Part shown: one piece after another, positions 14,695 to 28,399 of the stretch
How positions within the stretch are numbered: the first letter of the stretch is position 1
Layout: each line of letters opens with the position of its first letter
From: the human T2T-CHM13v2.0 reference genome, Homo sapiens
NCBI RefSeq assembly: GCF_009914755.1
Contig: NC_060930.1
Length of the DNA stretch: 64,000 nt
Direction: 5' to 3' (one strand)
Position numbers and translations under genes: made by a program
Notes under the pieces: generated by a model
What the model saw: the letters and a program-made list of their open reading frames with translations, nothing else
What the model was told of the DNA's origin: nothing
The model's database searches: none

Positions 14695-15264
14695 TAGAAG
14701 AATATTTTAATAAAAATATCCACATATTTGTGATGTCTGTGTTCTTCATGCTTTGGTAGGTAAGACTGAGTTTTGGAAGACTTTTTTTCTCTTCTCTTCT
14801 CCCATTCCTTTACACACCTGCTTCCTGCCCCACTGAAAAAGCCACTAACTTCCTTTGTGTTCAAGTTTCTCCATCTGTGAAATGTGAGGCTGAGTGCCCA
14901 TCGGCCTCCCAAGGGTATTCTGTGTCTGACTCTATCACAGAGCATTCACTATGCTGAGCATTATCTACAGACTGAGGCTGGCATTTCCTTCCTTTCCTTT
15001 CTTGATCATAATTTGATCCTTACTTCCTTGGGAGTCTCTTGCTTTTACAATTTGTCAGTAGTTCTAATCCTGTTTTAACATAATTTAAAGCTATGGTGAT
15101 GCTAATGGCGTCATTGATAATGAGCTGGAAGTGGCAGAGAGCCTTTTAAAAAGTGTGTTCAAGTAGTGAAAAAAATCCACCAAACCTCAAAAAAAACAAG
15201 ACAAAAACCACACAGTAGTAACATAGGAAAACGTTCCCATCTAAACAAAATAATTTACATGAGA

Positions 15265-15459
15265 CAGCATTACCAGATAAAATACAAGACATTCAATTAA
15301 ATTTGACTGAAAATTGAGAATAAATTTTTAGTATAAGTGTATTCCACACAAAGGACAGGCCCATCATGTCCATGTCCATATTAAATGTTTTGTTGTTTAT
15401 CTCACATTCAAATTTTACTAGATGTCTCGCATTTATATTTATTAAATCTGGCAATCCTA
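15265..15459. mobile_element. MER53 palindromic hAT MITE
   Basis: ccagataaaataca...tttagtataagt / ttgtttatct...aaatctggcaatccta inverted arms. Confidence 0.75.
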
Positions 15460-16070
15460 ACAAGACTTTTAAAAGCTGAGCTTTCTGTTCAGCAGCTTCT
15501 GCTTGAGATAAAATGAGGTTCTGGTGTGTGGCTGGGCTTTTTTTGGTTGTTCAAATATGAAACAAAGAAATACTCCAAAATTGACAAAAGGGAAGAGGTT
15601 GAAACTTCCCCATAGTCTTACCATGAAAAATTATGTGGGAGAACAGTAGATCTTGTCATGCTGAACTTTTTGTATCCATAGATATTTGGTCTTAGAAAAT
15701 TTGAAAAAAATAAAACAGTTGGCAATTCCATGAGAAGTTGCAGTTCCCATGTTTATTAGAAACAGTGCAAGCATTTTCTAAAGGTCATAAAAATTGTAAT
15801 ATTTGAAGGATTCTGGAGACAGTAGTGATAAGCTATGAAAGGATAAGAGTTTTTCAGGAAGTCCTTTGGTTTTAAAGCATTCAGTGCCAAGGATAAGGCT
15901 GCACAACAGTGGGCCCTGACTCTGTGGCAACTCTATTAGGACTACAATAGTCACATAGCACAAGCAGCCTGGCAGGTCCCCTGTGGCACACATGCACACT
16001 GATGTTCCCCACCATCTCAGAGCACCTGCTTGACATCTGTACCCTCCACTGCCACTTTAGGGTTTAACTA

Positions 16071-16937
16071 TGTAGGAGACGAGAACAAGCCATCTCAAAA
16101 TATGCCTTTTTGGCACAAGGATTATTTTGAGAAACTGCAGACATGAGAGATGCTCTGAAATCAGAGTACAGTTGTCCCACAGTATCTGTGGGGGATTGGT
16201 TCCAGGACCCCCATGGACAGCAAAATCCATGGATACTCAAGTCCCTGATATAAAATGGCATAATATATGCATATAACCTATCCACATCCTCCCATATACT
16301 TTAAATCATCTCTAGATTGCTTATAATATCTAATATAATGTAAATGCTGTATAAACAACTATGTTGTTATACTGTATTACATAGAGAATAATGAATAGAA
16401 AAAAGGCTGTACATGTCTGGTACAGATGCTTGTTTTTTTCTCAAATATTTTCAAACCAGAGTTGGTTGAATCCACAGATGTGGAACCCAGGGGTAGGAAG
16501 GGCTGACTGGACAAGTTACTCTTTTATTCTTTTATAAGGGAAATTTATTTCTATAAAGGAAATCTCCATTTGTAAAGATGCCTCCCTCTCTGTACCATGA
16601 AGCAGAGAATGACAAAAATTACTAGAGACTCATCAATGGAAAAGGCACTGACTTAAATCTACATAACACATCTTACCCTTGCTTACCATGATCTGCTGGG
16701 CCTCCCCCCCACATCCTCCTTCCTTTGTTTCAGCAGGTGAGGCTATTAAAGCCTGATTTCAAAGCCACCTTTTAGTAATTTACTCATTTCTCAGGGTGTT
16801 TCCCATGTATATATGAGGCATACATGCTAATAAACTTCTGGTTTTTTTCTCTCTTGTTACTCTGTCTTTTGTTACAGGGGTTCACACTGATTAAGAACTA
16901 TTCAGGGTAGAGAGAAAATTATTTTTCTTTCCTTACA
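16071..16937 (+). mobile_element. ERV1 solo LTR (MER34 family) interrupted by MER2
   Basis: tgtaggagac...caaaatatgcctttttggca start, aataaa in the R region, ...ccttaca end; flanks acta/atta. Confidence 0.8.
16169..16509. mobile_element. MER2 (Tigger MITE)
   Basis: TA followed by cagttgtccc...gtatctgtgggggattggttccaggacccc; ends gggctgactg. Confidence 0.85.
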
Positions 16938-17398
16938 ATTATGAGAGGGAGTTATTCAGCAAATAAAATGACTAGGAAAAATGCAAAAAAGCTAAGAGGT
17001 GTGACTACCTCTGTCACTGAGTCCAGGGCTACTCCAAGTAGGATCTGCTGTCCAGTGCTGGTCTGTGAACTCTTTGTCACTGTTCAGCACCAAGAAAATT
17101 ACAGAAATTGAGAGGGAACATTTAGAAACCTTTCATAATATCAAGTCTGTTGAATCTAGTAATGAAAAATGTGGACATGCATTTTGTGTGTCTTTTTTGT
17201 TATTGTTTGCTTCATTTTTCTAGTAATTTGTTTTTATTGTATTTGACAAAAGTATCAGTCATGAAAAGACTATGATACTGCAACAGATAAAATGCATGCT
17301 AATATTGATGCTCTTTAAAACAAATGAGATAACTCTAACAATGGCTTAAATTGAATTGTTAAATTTATCAACCCAGGCTTTCAATCAGTAGTAATTAC

Positions 17399-17839
17399 TG
17401 TGACAAGAAAAACTTTAGATAAATTAAATTTAAAAGAGGTTATCTGAGCAAAGAAGAATTCGAGAATCCAGCAGCTCCCTCCACCCCCGACATCCCCACC
17501 ACCGACTCCTTGTGAACCAGAATAGATTCTGAGAAACTCTGCACTGCCACGGGTCAGAGAAGATTTATGGGCAGAAAAAGGAAAGTGATGTACAGAAAAC
17601 AGAAGTGAGGTACAGAAACAGTTGGATTGTTGGATTGGTTACAGCTGAGCATTTGCCTTATTTGAATACAGTTTGAACCGCTGACTTCCTGTGATTGGCC
17701 AAAACTCAGTGATTGGTGCAAGAGCAGGTTGCAGTCTGTTTACCAATCCAGTTAGGTTACAGTTCACTTTGTATGCAGAAACCATTAGCCTGAACTTAAA
17801 GCATGTAAGGAGGCAGCTAGCTGTAGGCTAAACTTAACA
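17399..17839 (-). mobile_element. MER57 ERV1 solo LTR
   Basis: Reverse complement starts tgttaagtttagcctac...gctgcctccttaca; 4-bp TSD ttac at 17395-17398 and 17840-17843; several ATTGG boxes. Confidence 0.85.
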
Positions 17840-17844
17840 TTACA

Positions 17845-19440
17845 TACCAAGCACTTTACTGGATACTGCAGATACAGTGATGAATAAGACAGACATTGTC
17901 TGGGGTTCCTGCCTTCATAGAATATACTCCAGGGATGAATACAGATAATAAAGTCACAACAAAGTAGTAAAAAAAAAAAAAAACAAGAATAGTGTGAAAT
18001 ACGAGGTGATATGGGAGCACATTATAAGGGGCCCTAAGCTGGTCCAGGATTCTGAGAAACATTCCCAGAGGGAATTGCACAAAGGCTGTTGGATTTACTA
18101 GTCTGAAATTCCAAGAGGGAATCTGAACTGGAAATATAAATGTGGAAATGTTACAGGCAGCGAATCCATATGGGTCTGCAGTAGCCTTAATTCTTGCCTC
18201 CTCAGAAGAAAGAATTTGACCAAGGGGCATAAGGCAGAGTGAGAGACTGAGGCAAGTTTTAGAGCAGGAATGAAAGTTTATTAAAAAGCTTTAGAACAGG
18301 AATGAAAGGAAGTAAAGTACATTTGGAAGAGGATCAAGCAGGAGACTTGAGAGATCAAGTGCACTGTTTGACCTGTGGCTTGGAGTTTTATTCACTGGCA
18401 TGCTTCTGGGGTCTTGCATCTCTTCTCCCCGATTCTTCCCTTGGGGTGGGTTGTCTGCATGCACAGTGGCCTGCCAGCATTGGGAGGGGAGCATGGGCAT
18501 GGTATGTTTACTAAAGTTGTACGCATGCTCACTTGAGGCATTTTCCCCTTACCCATCCAGTGCCCCTAGAGGAAGGTCATCATCCATTTTGCCCCTTAGT
18601 GCACATGCCTGAGCCCATTTGCCCAACTCCTGAGATCTCCTCAGGAAGCAGGTCACCAGTTTCAGGTTTTCCACCTATTGAGAGAAGGCCTTTTCCTGGC
18701 GTCAGCTGCAACCAATTATTATTTTAGAGAGCCAGCTTAACAACCGCCTGACCATCACCTGATGGTCTCATGACATTCCTGGTCAAGCAAGGGCCCCTCC
18801 TGCCCTGCTCATGCCTGACTTAAGCTGCCTACTCTAACAGAAATGTCATCTGGAGATGTTAACCTAGGGGTTACAAATGGATGAGATTGCCTAGGTAAAA
18901 AATATCAAGTGAAAGCAGGGAGACCTGGAACCTTAAATGTCTAATGGTGGAAGATGAACCTGAAAGGCAGATGAAAATAGAGAGCAAAAGTGGTGAGAGG
19001 AATTGGGGAGACTGTGGAATATCTAAAGCCAAACAAAGATGGTTTGGAAAAGCAGGCAGTGATAACAACATTAAACATTGCCAAGAGGTCAAACAAGAAC
19101 TGAAAGATGTGCATTGAGTTCACCAAAGTCACAGTCATCGTTTTTGGTAAGAGAGGTTCTGGGATGTGGTGGTGGCAGCAGGGGAGTGTTTCAGAAGCCA
19201 AGTGTCAAGGAGAAGTACTATAAAGAATACAGTGATCATAAGCAACTCTTTCTAGATGTCTTGCTGTGGAATGGAGGAAAACGTAGAACTGTATTTGAAG
19301 AAAAGTATGGGTAAAGGAATTGTTACATTTAAGATGAGACCCCAAATATAAATGTTCATTTGGGGGATGTTATAGAAAAGAGTTTAGAGATAATAAAGAC
19401 AGCAGGAGATAATCATTAGCAGTTTCCAAGAAGACAGGAG
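17845..19440 (-). mobile_element. Fragmented L2, interrupted by MER50
   Basis: L2-type segments (gatacagtgatgaataagacagac; ctggaaatataaatgtgg...gtcatc; atggatgagattgcctagg). Confidence 0.6.
18149..18839 (-). mobile_element. MER50 ERV1 solo LTR
   Basis: Reverse complement starts tgttagagtaggcag...catgagcagggcagga; TSD gaaa at 18145-18148 and 18840-18843. Confidence 0.85.
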
Positions 19441-20587
19441 GAGAGAGAATCCCTGCATGACGTAACACTCATCCTATTTATAATTACAAATGCCTGCTCT
19501 CCATCAGATCCTAACCTCTGTGAGGACAGGGGCTACATTTGTGTGATTCATTACTGTCTGGTCAGCAACTAGGATACTGCTGGAACATCAAGAAGCTCAG
19601 TGAATAACAGAAGAAAATCCAGGTGCCAGTAGATCCTGTCTTTGACACATGGAGGGACACCTCCTCCTTGATGAGGCAACATGAAGGAGGACTCGGAAGA
19701 GAGAGAGAAAGGTGAGAGGTTTTCCAGCTGATATCTTATTCTCTCTGTGAAATGAAAAAGGAAAAAAGGATGAGGACTTGATAGAGCAAAAGGCTTGAAG
19801 AGAATGATGAAGTTTTGGCACTGCTCTTATGAAACAAGATTTACAGATAGAGAACCACTGAGGAGGAATAAATGACCATCTGCAAAGAAGTGCCAAGCTA
19901 TGTTAGGAGTTCATATATGGAGCACACTTTTGGGGTCAGAACTGCAAGGAAGTCATGAAGACAAAAGTACTTCCAGTTTACCCTGAGGGATGAGTGTAGG
20001 CCCAAAAGCAGAAGCAGGGTTATAGGATTTGGGGAGCAGCTCAGGTAGAGGTGCAATGATAGAACTTGACCTGTTGGAGTCTACAGAAAGAGCAGCCCAA
20101 TGGAGCCCAAACTCCACTTAGTAATTGAAATCAGGGAATGGGGGAGGATGGGAGGGAAAAGCAAGAGTATTCTTGGCCATTTCAAAAAACGCCCATTGTA
20201 GCAAATTGCCTTAATGAAAGTCTCCCAGCTTCTTGCTGAATTCTGTTTTAGGTTCATGTCATTTTTCTTTTCTCTTCTCTGTCATCCATCACTTTCCCGG
20301 AAACTCTCCCTCCTTTATTGAGGACTTTGGCTCAGGTTATCACCAGGAGGAATTTTCTCTGGTGACTTCTGGGCAAAAGATGTAAAGGTCTTTGTTGTCC
20401 TCACCTCCAGGGACTTTCACCCTCACTTTATTTTCCCAGTCCATACCAATTGTTATACCTTAAGCCTTGCCAATTGCACTTTTAAATTTCAACGTCCCAC
20501 ATGTTTAATGTCACCTTAATGCAACCAATTAACATAATTGAAATCAAAAAGAAAAATTTTCCCATACTACATAATCTAATTTAATGA

Positions 20588-20973
<386 letters not shown>

Positions 20974-21797
20974 TAGGGGTATCTCTTCAGGTCAATAGAT
21001 ATAAACCTAAATAATTTTTTAAAAGAGTTGCATACTACCTCATAGAGTAAATATATCACAATTGATTCAATATTCCCCTACTGACATGTATGTTATTTCT
21101 TTCTACTTTAGATTAGACAAAAATTACAATAAATACTCTTAATTATGTATTTTTTCATATGAGTACTTTTATTTCCATAAGATAAATTTCAGGAAGAAAG
21201 ATTTTTACACTAAAATGTTTATGTATTTTTAAGTTTAATAAATACCTCCAGATTACATATTTAAAAGATTATTATTCTCTCTGGCAACAAATTTTCTCCC
21301 ACATCATTATCAGCCAATGGATACTCTAGTCCTTTGAATTATTTGCTTATCAGGTAGATAAAATTATATTCGTATCAATGAAATACACTCAGCTCCATGA
21401 AACAGATAATCCAACTAAAAGGAGATTAAGCATTGATGATCTATTATCTCACATAGTACAAGCCCAGAGGAAGTGTGATTCCAGAGTGGGTCAGTAGCAC
21501 AAAGAGGTTGTTAAGTATGGGGGTAAAAACCATCTAAGTATGTATTCATCATCCTCAGGGTTTTGGCAATTCCTGTCCTCATGGCTACAATGGCTGGAGC
21601 TCTTCCAGGGACCTCATAAGTAAACATGTTCACTGAAGAAGAAGACTTCTTTCCTTTCATGTCTCCATATATTAGATGGAAAACATGTCTAGGAACCTCA
21701 ACAGGAGACTTCCCCTAGGTTATCATTGGCTAGGGTTTAGTCACATGGCCATGCCTAAACTAACGAGGGGGATTAGATCACCATGGTTGGCTTATAC

Positions 21798-21985
21798 CAG
21801 TCATTCTTAAAGTGCCACTTCTAGACTAGCAGCGTTAGCATCACCTAGAAACTTGTTAAAACTGCAAATTCTCAAGCCTCACTCAAGACCAAGTGAGTGA
21901 GAAATGCCAGGAGGGAGCCCAGCAATTTGTGTTTCAAGAAGCCCTCCAAGTGATTCCAGTGTACACTAAAATTTGAGACCATTGG
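21798..21985. mobile_element. MER5A MITE inside an old MLT1 LTR remnant (about 21350-22100)
   Basis: agcatcacctagaaacttgttaaaactgcaaattctc...aagccctccaagtgattc...tttgagaccattg. Confidence 0.75.
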
Positions 21986-22640
21986 CTTAGCCAATCATGA
22001 TTTGACCCCTAGGGCTGAGGAAGGAATCAACCTTGCTGATTACCTGAACAAAGAAAAGGGTACCTGAGCAAAATTGAATTTCTGCTAGAAAGGAAAAAAA
22101 AAAAAAGATTAGATGAGAAGCCTCACTGTTGAGTAAGCCCCACCAATGTCTTCCATGTAACTCAGTGCTCTTTATCTTGGAATACTCTGACTAACCTCAC
22201 GACATCCTTCATATCCACCTATTTCACTTTCATATGATTGGTACACAGCTACTCCCTATTTTATTGAAACTTCATTTCCCATGACCCTTCTTTTTCTCTA
22301 TCAGTCCTCTCTTAATCAATTTCTTTTTAACTAGACTATACCCCATTGTACATCACTCAACTATTTTACCAGCACACCAGATCTCCAGATTACTCACTGT
22401 CTGCCATCAACATGCCTTAAATCCTATCTCAATCATGCAATTCACCTTTTCTGTAGCTACTGAGAACTGCCAAAGAGAACTGGTCAAATGCAAAGGATTA
22501 GAGGTATTATTATTATTTGTTTTAATATTCGTCTGTTACGTCAAATTCTTCTTAAAAATCTTCCTACCTTGGCTCTCTCTAATCTCCATTGATGAGTATT
22601 CCTTTTCCTCATTACTTCCATCTTAATTGCTGCCATACTA

Positions 22641-22781
<141 letters not shown>

Positions 22782-23130
22782 TTACCCAATACTTAATGAC
22801 AAGGTATGATTTGCAGAACTCTATTAATATTGCAATTGCATACTGTTCTCTTACTTTCAGAAAATAGCCTTACTTACTGTCTTATTGAGAAAATAGAGAA
22901 ATCATTATTACGTGTCTCCAACATCCTTCAAGAAACTCATCTTTCCTGCCTCCAACCTTGCTCTGCTTTTTGTAGAACACACACCCATACACAAGTGCTA
23001 CGTATGTACAAAGACATCTTCATCCCATCCTATCCTTACTTTCTTTCTTCCTTTTTCTGTGAAGGATACTTTTTCTCCCACCTTCTTAGAGCTAATGCCT
23101 ACATTTGTTTTTGATTCAGTGATTCCTGCC

Positions 23131-23476
23131 TATGTTAGTTTCTTATTGTTGCTATAACAAATTACCACAAATTGGGGGTCCTAAAACAATACAAATTTAT
23201 TCTCTAACCATTCTGGAGGTAGAGGTCCAAAATCAGTTTGCCTTGGCTGAAGTCAAGGTGTTGGCAGGGCAAACTCCTTCTGGGGGCTTCATTTTTAATT
23301 TTATTTTATAAGATTGTGATTACATTGGGCCAATCCAACTAATCCAGGAAAATCTCTTCATGGCAAAATCTTTAACTTAATCACACATGCGAAGTCCCCT
23401 GTACCATGGAAGGTAGCATATTCTCAGGTTCTGGGGACTAGGACATGGACATCTTCATACTCTTCTGTCTACTACA
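23131..23476 (-). mobile_element. MaLR LTR (MLT1C/D-like)
   Basis: gctataacaaattaccacaaa...tttattctct...caaggtgttggcaggg...attctcaggttctggggactagg. Confidence 0.75.
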
Positions 23477-23606
23477 CTGTCTCTCCTAGATTTTTGCTCC
23501 ATAGAGTCCCTTCTGTTCTGCATCCTCAATGTTCCCTTCTCTTCTGGATTCTTCTTTTTAGCCTGTAAACCTGCTTAAATTTCTCTCATCTTAAAAATTA
23601 TTTTCT

Positions 23607-23960
<354 letters not shown>

Positions 23961-24668
23961 TTTCATTCCTCAGTTTTCTCATCTTCGGCCTTATTGCTCC
24001 CATGCCTTTCATAGTCAAACTCCTTAAATTTGGCTTCTTTAGCTCTTGTCTCCACTTCTTCATTGTCAAATTGCCCCACAATTCACTGAATGATTTCTCT
24101 ACCTGCCATTCCACCAACAGAGTTATTTCTCTAATTGGTTACAAGCATCTTTATTATTGTCATCTTCTAGTGACATTTTTCTAGTCCTTATGTGACATCT
24201 TTGCAGCATTTGACATTGTTTCTGCCATTTTCTCATGCCTTGGTGTCAGAATAGCAAATAGCACTTTCTTGATTTTTCCCCCATTACATCATTCAAAAAT
24301 ATATACTGTGGACTGCTTCTTAACACTATAATCCAACATTGGTGTTCTATAGGTATCATCATCGACCCTCTTTCGTTTTACTATGATGATCTATTTGGAT
24401 TATCTAGTTTATTTCCTAACTCTATCTATTGTCTAAGAAAAGATCTCCAAATTTTTGACTTCTGCTAAATGTCTATCCAACTGCCTGCTGGGAATCTCCA
24501 CCTGTGTGACCTGCTGGCATCTTAAACCAAGCATATCTGAAACCAAAGCCAAAGCTGCCTTTCTCCTTCCTCTATTTCCTTGCTCAGTTATTGGTATCCC
24601 AGTCACCTGAATTGAGCCAGAAAATCATCCTTAAACCTTCACTCTTACCCCCAACATTTAACTGTCTC

Positions 24669-25172
24669 TATAGTGGATATATTGGTGGCTATTTGCATGC
24701 TCAATATCTATTCAAATCTCTTTCTACTGTGTCTTCTTGTACTCAAAAAAACCTGCAAATTAAACAATGACGTTTCCCAGATGCCTTTGAAGCTAGATTT
24801 TTTATGATTTAGATTCCACTAACCAGACATATTTATATGAGGCTTGGTTCAGAACTGAGCTTAGAAAGGATAAAAGTAGGAAACAAGGCATCCACTTTGC
24901 TGGTGTACCTTACAACAGACAACTTGGTTGTTCCAGCAACTTCCCAATTGATCAATTGGTTTTTATGCTCACAACAAGAGAAGCGACTCCCTTGGCAGCC
25001 AAGTTCTGTTGTGTAACGTTGGGAATTATTTCTAGAAATTCAGCCCAGGATCTGATTGTTTAGCCCTTCCAAACATTCTTTTAGCCATGTATACTCTTTT
25101 AAAAAAAAAATTCTTTCTGCTTAATCTAGCCAGAATAGTAGATTTTGTTCCCTGCAACTGAACCTTAAGATA
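24669..25172 (+). mobile_element. ERVL LTR (LTR33/LTR16-like)
   Basis: tttcccagatgcctttgaagctag and 3' ctttctgcttaatctagccaga...tgcaactgaacc motifs. Confidence 0.55.
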
Positions 25173-25691
25173 TTGAGCTGCAAAATTATATGGGTATTTA
25201 TTCCTAAAAATATGCTAAAATGGTTCATGTCTGTCCATTGCCTTAGTTCAGGCCCTTACTGTTTCTTGTCTGGGCAATTGCAATGACCTTCTAATTGCGA
25301 AAACTAATCGCATCTCCCTACGTGCATAAACTTCTTCAAATATACTTTATCCACAAGAGTTAAACCCCAGAGTCTTTATTATGGCAGGAAAATTCTTTAT
25401 TTTCCATCTATTTTACCTCACTTCCCACCAAGCTTCTATGCTCATCTCATGTTCCAACCATCAGGCTCCAAGCACAGCTCATCGGGTTGTGCCTGTGTGA
25501 TTCCTCCTCTGTGTTCCACCTTGCACTTACCTATGGTGCTTTCAAGGTCCAGCTTCAATATTTTCTTTTCTGTAAAACCTTCCTTAACTCATCCTGACCA
25601 AGATGGACCTCCTCTATCTGTGCACTGCACTCTTGTTTATCTGCTTTTCTGTCTGTCTTCTTGAGCCTTCATTTAATCCAAAAACCATGCA

Positions 25692-26020
25692 TAGTCATGC
25701 ACTGTGTAACGTTTCAATCAATAACAGACTGCATATACTACAGTGGTTCCATAAGACTATAATATATTTTCACTGGACCTTTTCTATGTTTAGATACACA
25801 AATACTTACCACTGTGTTTCAATTGCCTATAGTATTCGGTACACTCACATGAATTGATCTGTAGCCCAGGAGCAATAGGCTATTGCATATGGCCTAGGTG
25901 TGTAGTAGACTATACTGTCTAGGTTTGTGTAAACACATTCTATGGTGTTTGCACCATGACAAAATTGCCTAAGGATGTATTTCTCAGAATATATTCCTGT
26001 TGTTAAGTGACACATGACTG
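25692..26020. mobile_element. Tigger3a-type (MER7) DNA transposon MITE
   Basis: TIRs (t)agtcatgc... / ...cacatgactg followed by TA; internal cccaggagcaataggcta...ggcctaggtgtgtagtag. Confidence 0.8.
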
Positions 26021-28399
26021 TATGCACATCTCTGTATTCCTGTGCCCATTCAGGACATAGTCCATATGGTACTTATGCCCTCAGTAAACATTTGAATGAT
26101 ATAAATATCACCCACAGAAAACAGAAGAAACAGGAGAGTGAAATTTAGTCTTCACTGTCAATAAATATTTAACAAATGTCTACTAAGTTAGATTTTAGGG
26201 ATAGGGTGGTAAAAAAAATCTTTCTTGGAACTTATAGTCTATTTGGGGAGAAAGTTAAAAACAAATAACAAAACATAAACAAAATAATGACAATTGGTAA
26301 TAAGTGTCCTGGAAGAAACAAACAAGGTGCTAAAGAAGAGCTGAAATCCTGAGATTTCTAAAGGAAATTTCAGCTTAGAAAAGACAAAATCAAGCCTGAA
26401 TGCATCCAAAGGGAGAGCTCGGTAGGAATTAGATCCTTTACAAGGTTCCTTGCTGAGTGCTCCCATCTTTGCTTTATTCCTCTACTCTTAGGCTCACAGT
26501 TCTTGTAGAGTACATCCATTCTCCAGTACATCATCTCCTTTTTGTAAACCCCTATCCTCTCTTCAGAATCAAGTTCCCTCCCTGATTCCCCAAGCCTGAA
26601 TTACCTAGTCTTATAATAATGCCTTTGGGGTTTCTGTAGGACACACCAGCATAGGAGCAAGCCACATGCCGACCCCTTTAGATCTCCATATCAGTGTGGG
26701 TCATACTAATGCTTCTTAACTTTCCAGAGGCTTAATGGATGTCTGTTGGATGGTTCTCTCCCCTCCTCCCTCTCTCTTTCACACACACGTATACACACAC
26801 ACACACATTCATTTTCACATATACCAATGGTAAATATTAATTCTTAGATTTTAAACCCAAATAAAGAAACATCCTTCTCAAATGCCTATAATTTGCAAGT
26901 TTGTCTCGCTCTCTCTCCATGGAGTCAATTCTTACCATTGCTACTGAGCCTCTTCTGTGTCCCCAGTATGTGCTTCACGCTGGGGACACAGAAACAAAGA
27001 CCAAAAGTCCCACTTTCACACACTGATTGCCCAGTGAGAGTCTTATCCACCTCAAAAATATCTTTTGCATCTCTAGTCTTTTCTCTCCATCTCCACTCCA
27101 TTGAGTTTTCACTGCTTTCCTGGTACAGTTTTCTCTGGCTGCCTTGAGCTTGTGGCTGTCTCAGTTTTTCTAGCACTTGTTACAATAGACCTTATGTTAT
27201 TATTAATGTCTGTTTCTCCACTAGACTATAAGGTCTTTGAGGGGTGGGATCCAGGTTTGCTTCCCTGTACCGAATACTATGCTTCTCAGATAATAGATGC
27301 TCAATACATTTTTTTGAGTAAACATCTCTTAAGCCCAGAAAAGACTCTCCAAGTGACATTGAGTGACTTTCCAAATTCCCATTAAATATTAGAGGTAGGT
27401 ATGAGCCACTTCTTTCGCTGTTGGGGAAACCGAAGTTCTAAGAAGAGAATTTGCATTTTTACAGTCTTTTTCCTTTCAAAGCTCTTTTGTGTGTAAAAGA
27501 AATTTTGTACAGTAAAGAATGATCTCTATGTAAATGACTATCATTTATTATGCTATCCCTGGGGAAGAGTCATGAAATAACTTGTTTTGAATAACCCCAC
27601 TTCACAGATGCAGACGCTGAGAGAAACAGAGCATTAGTGTTTGACCTAGGGCCAACCAATCACTCAAGGTTCAGCCACTCAGGAGTCAGTTCTTTATATG
27701 CAAGCACTGTAAGAACTTGGTGAATTATCTTTACATTGATGATGGTTTTCTCCAGGCTTCCCACCTATGGCTAAAAGAGTACAAGGGGAGGAGTCAAAGC
27801 ACCTGGGTTTGAAGCTTGACTCCACTACAACTAGGTCTGGGTTAGCTCTAAGTCCCAAAGTCATGATACTTGCTATGTCAGCTTCTTGGATCAAGTGAAC
27901 TAATACATGCCTAAATCCTACAGTCTGTTGTTTGAGCTGTGTGTGTGGTACCATTTCCATTTTTTTCTCTAGGCCTTATAGATCACTTATGGCAAATACT
28001 GTGTCTTCTTCTGGCTTTGCAACACCAAATTTGAATGGTTAATTTACTGCAAGACATTGTATGAGTTCTAAATCCATATTAAACTAATAAAGATATATAA
28101 ATAAGTAATGCTAAAATAAATCCAAGACCAAAAAAAAAAAGAAAAACCAAAGAGCAAAAGTGATTCATCTATTCCAAATCTCCTAACAGTAGAAAAAGAA
28201 TCCCAGCATTTTGGTAGGCTCCTTTTTAAAAAAAATTACTCCAAACGTAAGATAAATATGGAGGTCTAAACACACAGCTAAAGAAATCCATTATAACAAC
28301 TCAAATTCATTTGCACCAAAAATAACAAAAACTTTTGGCTTTCAGTTATATAGATCTATGTCTGGTTACTCATTCCTTAAAACAGGATCTGTAAATCAA

